Origin: Eledone cirrhosa
Lineage: Eukaryota
Reading direction: 5' to 3'
Assembly: GCA_964016885.1 (NCBI GenBank)
Contig: OZ024742.1
Coordinates: 4,960,001 to 5,024,000 of the forward strand
Length of the DNA stretch: 64,000 nucleotides
The position numbers and the translations under genes are program-made. Positions 55,001-64,000 of the stretch are shown here, piece after piece. Each line of letters starts with the position of its first letter. Position 1 is the stretch's first letter. A model generated the notes under the pieces. It did no database searches and was not told where the DNA came from. It saw only the letters and a program-made list of their open reading frames with translations.

Positions 55001-56845
55001 AGCTGGAGAAGTTAATATTAATTGTGGAATTTTTCAGGGTGACTCTTTATCACCGCTTTTATTCTGCATCGTACTTATACCATTAAGTAAAATGCTCAAT
55101 GAAACAAAACATGGATATAAAGTCTATGACAAAACCATTAATCACCTGTTCTACATGGATGACCTGAAACTATTTGCAAAAAATGATGAACAATTGCAAG
55201 GGCTATTATCCACTGTGGAGCAGTTCAGTGATGACATTAAAATGGAGTTTGGACTAGATAAATGTGCCAAAGCAACGTTCACCAGAGGAAAGCTGCTGAA
55301 GAGTTCAGACATTAATCTTGATCGGGGGAACGTGATAAGAGAACTTGATCAAGAAAAAACTTACAAATATCTAGGTGTTTGTGAAGGAGACGGAATCAAG
55401 CACTCGACAATGAGGGAAAGGATAAGGAAGGAATGTTACCGCAGAGTAAGAGCAATCTTAAGAACAGAATTGAATGCAAGGAATAGGATCGATGCCATAA
55501 ACACGCTTGCCATACCAGTAGTAACCTACAGTTACAATGTCATCAACTGGTCAAGCACAGAGATCCGTAGGCTCGATACAAAAATTCGAAAATTCTTAAC
55601 CATGCACAGAATGCATCACCCTAAGGCAGATATAGATAGAATATATCTCCCTAGGAAAGAAGGAGGACGTGGGTTAATCCAGTTAGACATTGCGTTGAAA
55701 ACTGCAACAATTGGATTATCTACATATCTAAGGGAATCACATGATTGGATGATCAAACTCGTTTTGAAACACGAAAGCATCAAAAGATCATATTCCATTA
55801 CAAAAGATGCACAAAGATACAGTAATGGACTACAAATTTCAGAAGTCCCATTTACTGCTGAAATGGAAAACACAAAAAAAGCAAAGCAGGTAAAAGTAAC
55901 TGCAAAGAAAGAACTGCTACAGAAACTGGCTAAGAAATGGCAAGAAAAGCCTCTGTATGGAAAATACCCAGAGCGAACTAACAATCCTGATGTTGACAAA
56001 ACTTTAACCCATCAGTGGTTGGCATCCTCTGGACTGAAATCGGAGACTGAAGGACTGATTATATCAGCACAAGATCAGTGTCTGCCAACAAAAAATTACC
56101 AAGCCAACATAATAAAAAATGGATGCAGCACATTATGCCGTGTATGCAAAAAACAACCAGAGACCATTGACCATATAATTTCAATGTGCAGTCCTATAGC
56201 TCCAACCGAATACCTAAACAGGCATGACAGAGCTGCACAATACATACATTGGATAATGTGTAAGCATTTTGACCTGCCCCATCAAAAGAATTGGTGGGAA
56301 CATCAACCACCTCCCATACTTGAAAAAGATCACATCTCAATCTTGTGGAACATTAGCATCCAAACAGACCGAAAAATAGATGCAAACAGACCTGATATAA
56401 TATTGAAGGACTTTAAAAAGAGGGTATGCCTGCTAATTGATATGTCTGTTCCAATAGACAAGAATGTATCTATAAAAACATTTGAAAAATTGAGCAAGTA
56501 TAAGGACCTGGAGATAGAAATTGGAAAAATGTGGAAATTGAGAACTAAAACAATACCAGTGGTTGTAGGCGCTCTGGGAATGATACCTAAGGGGTCTAAT
56601 GATTACTTATCGAAAATCCCAGGAAACCCGCGTATAGGAGAAATACAAAAGATAGTACTAATGGGAACTGCCCATATACTAAGGAAGATTCTGTCAATAT
56701 AAGTACATCACAAGTCTAAACACTAAAGATGCATGTGTGAGTATGTATGTTCTTTCTTGAACATGGCGGACCTTGTTGTCTCTTGAGGTCACTGGTTGTG
56801 ACTTGGTGATAACTCGTATGAACATAAAGCAAGATAAATGCAACT

Positions 56846-56848
<3 letters not shown>
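55001..56848 (+). mobile_element. 5'-truncated R4/Dong-like element, family A (ORF 55092-56702)
   Basis: GIFQGDSLSP, FYMDDLK, CCHC and RLE motifs, (AAT)n tail. Confidence 0.92.
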
Positions 56849-56880
<32 letters not shown>

Positions 56881-56883
<3 letters not shown>

Positions 56884-57377
56884 AAGTGGTATGAGCATAA
56901 ACCAGAGTCGGTGATAGAAAACGATCAGGTGAAGGTGCTGTGGGATTTTAGGATACAGACGGACAAGAAACTGGAACACAATAGACCTGACCTGGTGGTT
57001 GTGGACAAAGAAAAAAGATCGTGCCTGATTGTGGATGTGGCCTGCCCATTCGACACGAGAGTGCAAGAGAAGGAGAGGGAGAAAATTAACCGATACCAGG
57101 ACTTAAAGTTGGAGGTAAAAAGGATTTGGAACTGCCATGAAGTCAAAGTGGTCCCGATTGTCATAGGCGCACTAGGTACTATCTCAAAATGTTTCCAGGG
57201 ATGGTTAAAGAAAATTGGCCCTGCCACGCTTTTTGGAACGCTTCAAAAGGCATGCTTGCTGGGAACAGCAAGAACCCTCCGATACGTCCTGAATATCTGA
57301 GGCTGTAGGTAGTGGCTTGATATTCATTTCAACAAACTTTCCAGTTAACTAACATCAATGACTGAGACTCAAAGAAC
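56881..57377 (+). mobile_element. 5'-truncated R4/Dong-like element, family B
   Basis: LWDFRIQTD..RPDLVV..DVACP..EKINRYQDL, (AAT)n flanks. Confidence 0.88.
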
Positions 57378-57500
57378 AATAATAATAATAATAATAATAA
57401 TAATAATTGTTTCTACTTTTGGCACAAGGCCAGCAATTATCCAGTGTATTACTGGTAATTTATTTTATCGACCCCGTAAGGATGAAAGGCAAAGTTAACC

Positions 57501-57534
<34 letters not shown>

Positions 57535-57806
57535 GTGGGAGGTGAAAAGGATTTGGAACTGCCATGAAGTCAAAGTGATCCCGATTGTCATAGGCGCACT
57601 GGGGACTATCTCCAAAGGTTTCCAGGGATGGTTAAAGAAAATCGGCCCCTTCACGCTTTTTGGAACGCTTCAAAAGGCATGCTTGCTTGGAACGGCAAGA
57701 ACCCTCCGATACGTCCTGAATATCTGAGGCTGCAGGTAGTGGCTTGATATTCAATCCAACGGACTTTCCAGTTAACCAACATCAATGACTGAGATTCAAG
57801 GAATAA
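57535..57806 (+). mobile_element. Short 3' piece of family B
   Basis: Near identical to 58750-59016. Confidence 0.85.
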
Positions 57807-57831
57807 CAATAATAATAATAATAATAATAAT

Positions 57832-59016
57832 AATGCCATAAGCGCAGTAAATTCCCGAGCTGTGTCTATTATCAGGTACAGTGCGGGAATTCTGAGATGG
57901 AATGTTGCTGAACAAAAAGAAATGGATAGGAAGACTAGGAAGCTATTGACTATCTACAACATGTTCCACAAGAGGAGTGATGTTGATAGACTCTACCTAA
58001 GGAGATCTGAGGGTGGAAGAGGTCTTATCAGCATAGAGGACTGTGTTCAGATGGAGAAAAACAACCTATACAAATACGTGACCTATAGTAAGGAGCCAAT
58101 GCTCAGAACTGTACTGAAGGAGGGGACAGTAGGCCAGGGGATGTCAAAGGAGGAAATAACATCAAGGAGGAAGAGCAGCCTTAAGGGAAAATCCCTTCAT
58201 AGTACCTTCTTTGAGAAAACTGAATTTAGAGATCCACAGACATGGAACTGGTTGAGAAGAGGAGACCTCAAAAAGGCTACAGAAGGAATGCTAATGGCTG
58301 CGCAGGAGCAGGCCCTCAAAACGAAGTGGTTGAAGCACCATATCTACAAGGAGGAGGCTAGCCCACTGTGCAGGATCTGTGGAGAGAGAGAGGAGACTGT
58401 GGCTCACATTGTGTCCGAGTGTAAACACCTAGCCCAGACCCACTATAAGGGCTGGAGACACGATGTGATGGGCAGGGTGATCCACTGGCACCTGTGCAAA
58501 GTAAACAATTTACCATATTCTGAGAAATGGTATGAGCATAGGCCAGAGGCGGTGATGGAGAACAATCAGGTGAAGGTGCTGTGGGATTTTAGGATACAGA
58601 CGGACAAAAAACTGGAACACAATAGACCTGACCTGGTGGTTGTGGACAAAGAAAAAAGATCGTGCCTGATTGTGGATGTGGCCTGCCCGTTCGACACGAG
58701 AGTGCAAGAGAAGGAGAGGGAGAAAATTAACCGATACCAGGACCTAAAGTGGGAGGTGAAAAGGATTTGGAACTGCCATGAAGTCAAAGTGATCCCGATT
58801 GTCATAGGCGCACTGGGGACTATCTCCAAAAGTTTCCAGGGATGGTTAAAGAAAATCGGCCCCTCCACGCTTTTTGGAACGCTTCAAAAGGCATGCTTGC
58901 TTGGAACAGCAAGAACCCTCCGATACGTCCTGAATATCTGAGGCTGCAGGTAGTGGCTTGATATTCAATCCAACGGACTTTCCAGTTAACCAACATCAAT
59001 GACTGAGATTCAAGGA
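57832..59016 (+). mobile_element. 5'-truncated R4/Dong-like element, family B (ORF 57862-58941)
   Basis: RLYL.R.EGGRGL, CRIC..ETVAHIVSEC and RLE motifs. Confidence 0.9.
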
Positions 59017-59024
59017 ATAACAAC

Positions 59025-59056
<32 letters not shown>

Positions 59057-60029
59057 TAATAAGGGAAGAAGACGCACGAGGTGACGGAAGGTCATGAAAT
59101 CGCTCCCGTAAGTTTTGAATTTTTAACATATTTAAATCATTTGTGAAATAACAACTCTTAGTACAAATGCTACGTAAAGCATCCGGCTTGAGCCCCAAAA
59201 AATTCGGACCCAAAATATATTGTTATAAGGCTCAAATATTCAAATATTCAACTTTGTATTGTACATCGTATATTCAAAAAAGAAAATGGCTATGAATGGA
59301 AGAAGAACCCCCCCCCCTCTGTCTACGCTATATAGAACAGCCAAACAACACCAGAAACTAGATACAACACCTACCCCATCACCTCTCTGTGTACACTAAA
59401 CACAACAGCCAGATAACGGTAATTTCACCACCACCACTCACTGCTGCCATCATTACCACCACTATCCCATCACCGCCGCCACCACTCCTTCATTGCTACC
59501 ACCGCTACAACACCATCACTGCAGTAATACGATCACGTCACCACCACCACTGCCTCGGTATCGACATCACCACCACCACTGTCTCAGTATCGATACCGCT
59601 GCTACTGTCTCCCACATCTCCCCGCCGCCACCACTCCTTCAATGCTACCACCACTATTCCCCTGTTAACTTGAGAGAGAAAGGGGAAGGTGGCGGTATCA
59701 CTAGACAAGGGAGAGGCTAGCAAAAGATATAAATAGATTGACTTAGTGACCTGGCCAAGGCCAAACGACAATATCAACAAATATGGGACTGCTGGCTCAC
59801 CCCTTCCTCACCAACAATATAAAAAGCCCCGGCACCACCACCGACATAGCCAATAACAATAACAGCCAACTACAACAAAAAGTATATTATATTATTGTAA
59901 TGCACTGGGTGATTGCTGACCTTGTGCCTGGAGTGGAGACAATTATTAATAATTTCATTCTTAAGCCACGCAATGCTCACATTAAGGAACCACTCATGAT
60001 AATAACAATTTTAAAAAAAACAACAAAAA

Positions 60030-63000
60030 GAAAACCCCGTGACCAAGAAATACCGGGATGGCGGCCGGCGGGGAATAGCCGTGTCTCTAGGGGAGAACGA
60101 CCCCTCTAGTCTTGGTTGACACTCGTTCTAGAAGTGGTAACACGAAATGATTACCCCTTGGCGGATAAGGATAAAACGCGAAAAAATAAAGTAAATGTCT
60201 AATGATAAAATCTCATACCGGATCGGCCGTCACCCGGGTAAAAAAGGGCCGCGTCGCTCAGAGAGGAACCAGACTGGGGTCGAAAAATCAGCTAATGGTT
60301 CAAACCTTCCCATCACTTCGGAGCTGGAGACCTCCCATAACCAGAATACTCCTACTGTTGGCCCTCCATGCTCACCACCAAGAAATCCAAAGAAAAAGAG
60401 AGAAAAATGGTTAAGGGAAGATAATAAAGAAGTCCTTGAGGCTTTCTACACTGCCATGTACTACCCATCAAATACATCGAATACAGAACAGACATATATC
60501 AACTGGAAAAAGAAACATCCCGAAAACAGAGGCTATATTGACAGTAACAAACTAGCCAATATACGAAGAAATATTGTAAGAAAAAAGTTACTAACTGATA
60601 TAGAAATTGATCAGATCAAGCTATTAGCACAAAGTCAGCGAAGGGAAAATGAAACATGTGTCAGTGAAAACGAGGTAAACTGTAACACTTCGAATCCCAG
60701 GGTTGGGGCGGAATCACTGGCAACAGAACAAATTAAAGAAAGGATCGAAAAAGTGGAGGGAATGCATGCTCAGGATGAAACTCCAAATGAAAATAATGAG
60801 ATCGTAAATGATAAGGAAATGAATGAGAATGAACTTGCCAACTTGAAGGATGAAATTATGATCGAATGGATGAAAATGAAAGAATCTGACATGGGGCAAC
60901 GAGACACCCTCCCTAAGATCCAGAACTCCAAACAGAACCAAAAGATAATACACAAGACTAACATAATTCTCAAAAACATTATCATCACAAACAAACTAAA
61001 CATTACTGATTTAAATCATCTCTATTATGCATCGGCTAAAGTCACCACTCACTTATGTGGAGTTAAGATGAAAAAACAAAGGAATTCCCACAAGAAATCT
61101 ACTTGGCAAGGGAACATCAATCGCCAAATAAACCTTCTCCGATCTGACATAGAAATTTTAACAAACTATAAAGTAGGTGAACATGTTAAACAAACTAAAC
61201 TTAGAAAATTGAAAAAAAAGTACAGTATAAAATCAACATGTGACATAGACATGCTGATAGAAATAATCAAGCAAAAAGTGTCGGCCAAAGCTGCTCGTAT
61301 AAGGCGCTTTGAAAAACGATCTAGATTCTATAAGGACAATAATATGTTCAAAAACAACCAAAGAAACTTCTACAGAAAAATTGGTAAGTCAACAATAACT
61401 GCTAAATCAATACCACCCAAGGAGGAAGTGCAAGAATTCTGGGAAATGATCTGGGCCGAAGAAAAAGTTCATAACATACATGCCCCATGGATAGACAGAC
61501 AAATGAAAGATACAGCTCACCTTGAGGAACAAACATGGGAAAATATAACAGTTGAACAGTTGCGCTTGGCTCTAAGAAAAACCAGCAAATGGAAATCCCC
61601 AGGAAAAGACAAAATACAAAACTTTTGGATAAATGCCTTCACAGAATCTCATGAGCTGTTAGCCCAACTTTACAATGAAATAGTTAAGGAGCCAGAAAAG
61701 ATACCTTCATGGCTAGTTAACGGCATTACATTCCTGCTTCCGAAGAATGATGAGACAAACAATCATAAAAATTACAGACCGATAACTTGCTTGACCACAA
61801 TGTATAAAATTTTAACATCAGTCCTAACTGAATACACATATGACCACCTGATAACAAATGACCTATTTCCAATTGAGCAGAAAGGGTGTAAACGAGGCTC
61901 ATATGGCTGTAAGGGTCAGCTTCTGGTTAACAAAATGATACTGGAAGATTGTCATAATAGACAAAAAAATCTATCGATTGCTTGGATAGATTATAAAAAA
62001 GCATTTGATAGTTTGCCACACAGTTGGATTGAAAAATGTTTAGAGATTTTCAAAGTATCCCCCGTTGTCAGGAGGCTTTTGTCATTCAGTATGAAGACAT
62101 GGAAAACGACACTCCTTTTGAATAGTGAAACAAAATCACTGGAAGCTGGAGAAGTTAATATTAAATGTGGAATTTTTCAGGGTGACTCTTTATCACCGCT
62201 TTTATTCTGCATCGCACTTATACCATTAAGTAAAATGCTCAATGAAACAAAACATGGATATAAAGTCTATGACAAAACCATTAATCACCTGTTCTACATG
62301 GATGACCTGAAACTATTTGCAAAAAATGATGAACAATTGCAAGGGCTATTATCCACTGTGAAGCAGTTCAGTGATGACATTAAAATGGAGTTTGGACTAG
62401 AAAAATGCGCCAAAGCAACGTTCACCAGAGGAAAGCTGCTGAAGAGTTCAGACATTAATCTTGATCGGGGGAACGTGATAAGAGAACTTGATCAAGAAAA
62501 AACTTACAAATATCTAGGTGTTTGTGAAGGAGACGGAATCAAGCACTCGACAATGAGGGAAAGGATAAGGAAGGAATGTTACCGCAGAGTAAGAGCAATC
62601 TTAAGAACGGAATTGAATGCAAGGAATAGGATCGATGCCATAAACACGCTTGCCATACCAGTAGTAACCTACAGTTACAATGTCATCAACTGGTCAAGCA
62701 CAGAGATCCGTAGGCTCGATACAAAAATTCAAAAATTCTTAACCATGCACAGAATGCATCACCCTAAGGCAGATATAGATAGAATATATCTCCCTAGGAA
62801 AGAAGGAGGACGTGGGTTAATCCAGTTAGACATTGCGTTGAAAACTGCAACAATTGGAGTATCTACATATCTAAGGGAATCACATGATTGGATGATCAAA
62901 CTCGTTTTGAAACACGAAAGCATCAAAAGATCATATTCCATTACAAAAGATGCACAAAGATACAGTAATGGACTACAAATTTCAGAAGTCCCATTTACTG

Positions 63001-63990
63001 CTGAAATGGAAAACACAGAAAAAGCAAAGCAGGTAAAAGTAACTGCAAAGAAAGAACTGCTACAGAAACTGGCTAAGAAATGGCAAGAAAAGCCTCTGTA
63101 TGGAAAATACCCAGAGCGAGCTAACAATCCTGATGTTGACAAAACTTTAACCCATCAGTGGTTGGCATCCTCTGGACTGAAATCGGAGACTGAAGGACTG
63201 ATTATATCGGCACAAGATCAGTGTCTGCCAACAAAAAATTACCAAGCCAACATAATAAAAAATGGGTGCAGCCCATTATGCCGTGTATGCAAAAAACAAC
63301 CAGAGACCATTGACCATATAATTTCAATGTGCAGTCCTATAGCTCCAACCGAATACCTAAACAGGCATGACAGAGCTGCACAATACATACATTGGATAAT
63401 GTGTAAGCATTTTGACCTGCCCCATCAAAAGAATTGGTGGGAGCATCAACCACCTCCCATACTTGAAAAAGATCATATCTCAATCTTGTGGAACTTTAGC
63501 ATCCAAACAGACCGAAAAATAGATGCAAACAGACCTGATATAATATTGAAAGACTTTCAAAAGAGGGTATGCCTGCTAATTGATATGTCTGTTCCAATAG
63601 ACAAGAATGTATCTATAAAAACATTTGAAAAATTGAGCAAGTAGAAGGACCTGGAGATAGAAATTGGAAAAATGTGGAAATTGAGAACTAAAACAATACC
63701 AGTGGTTGTAGGCGCTCTTGGAATGATACCTAAGGGGTCTAATGATTACATATCGCAAATCCCAGTAAACCCGCGTATAGGAGAAATACAAAAGATAGTA
63801 TTAATGGGAACTGCCCATATACTAAGGAAGATTCTGTCAATATAAGTACATCACAAGTCTAAACACTAAAGATGCATGTGTGAATATGTATGTTCTTTCT
63901 TGAACATGGCGGACCTTGTTGTCTCTTGAGGTCACTGGTTGTGACTTGGTGATAACTCGTATGAACATAAAGCAAGATAAATGCAACTGT
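60030..63990 (+). mobile_element. Apparently full-length R4/Dong-like element, family A
   Basis: Structured 5' UTR, one long ORF, 3' UTR and (AAT)n tail. The 5' boundary is approximate. Confidence 0.9.
60195..63845 (+). pseudogene. RT - CCHC - restriction-like endonuclease polyprotein with one premature stop at 63642-63644
   Basis: WKSPGKD, NYRPITCL, WIDYKKAFDS, QGDSLSP, YMDD, CCHC, PD..D motifs. TAG occurs where the sister copies have TAT. Confidence 0.9.
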
Positions 63991-64000
63991 AATAATAATA

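Noticed and set aside
56773-56880. N-terminus of the 175-aa ORF
   Set aside because: Chimera of the family A 3' UTR, (AAT)n and family B coding sequence.

Overview
AT-rich, microsatellite-dense animal genomic DNA. The SINE and repeat style suggests a cephalopod such as Octopus (inference). I found no host protein-coding exon that I can support. The window is almost entirely mobile DNA: (i) many Penelope-like element (PLE) fragments sitting in (TA)n tracts, plus one near-complete PLE (41451-46165) with RT and GIY-YIG domains and 489-bp pseudo-LTRs; (ii) a head-to-tail cluster of two R4/Dong-like restriction-like-endonuclease non-LTR retrotransposon families in (TAA)n tracts (54232-64000); (iii) RTE-type LINE remnants, SINEs, a Helitron-like element, a pogo/Tigger-like MITE, a Tc1/mariner remnant and a ~3.5-kb tandem segmental duplication. 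The most notable signal is RNA-level. There are about 30 type I hammerhead ribozyme (HHR) motifs from 10 or more sequence families. They include a non-coding 4 x 549-bp tandem array in which every unit carries an unusual minus-strand HHR (a candidate retrozyme/circular RNA), a PLE family with a fixed CAGAAGA (U4A) core, and a PLE family with a compensatory UUGAAAA (U3-A8) core. All structures were folded by eye and no catalytic activity is demonstrated.
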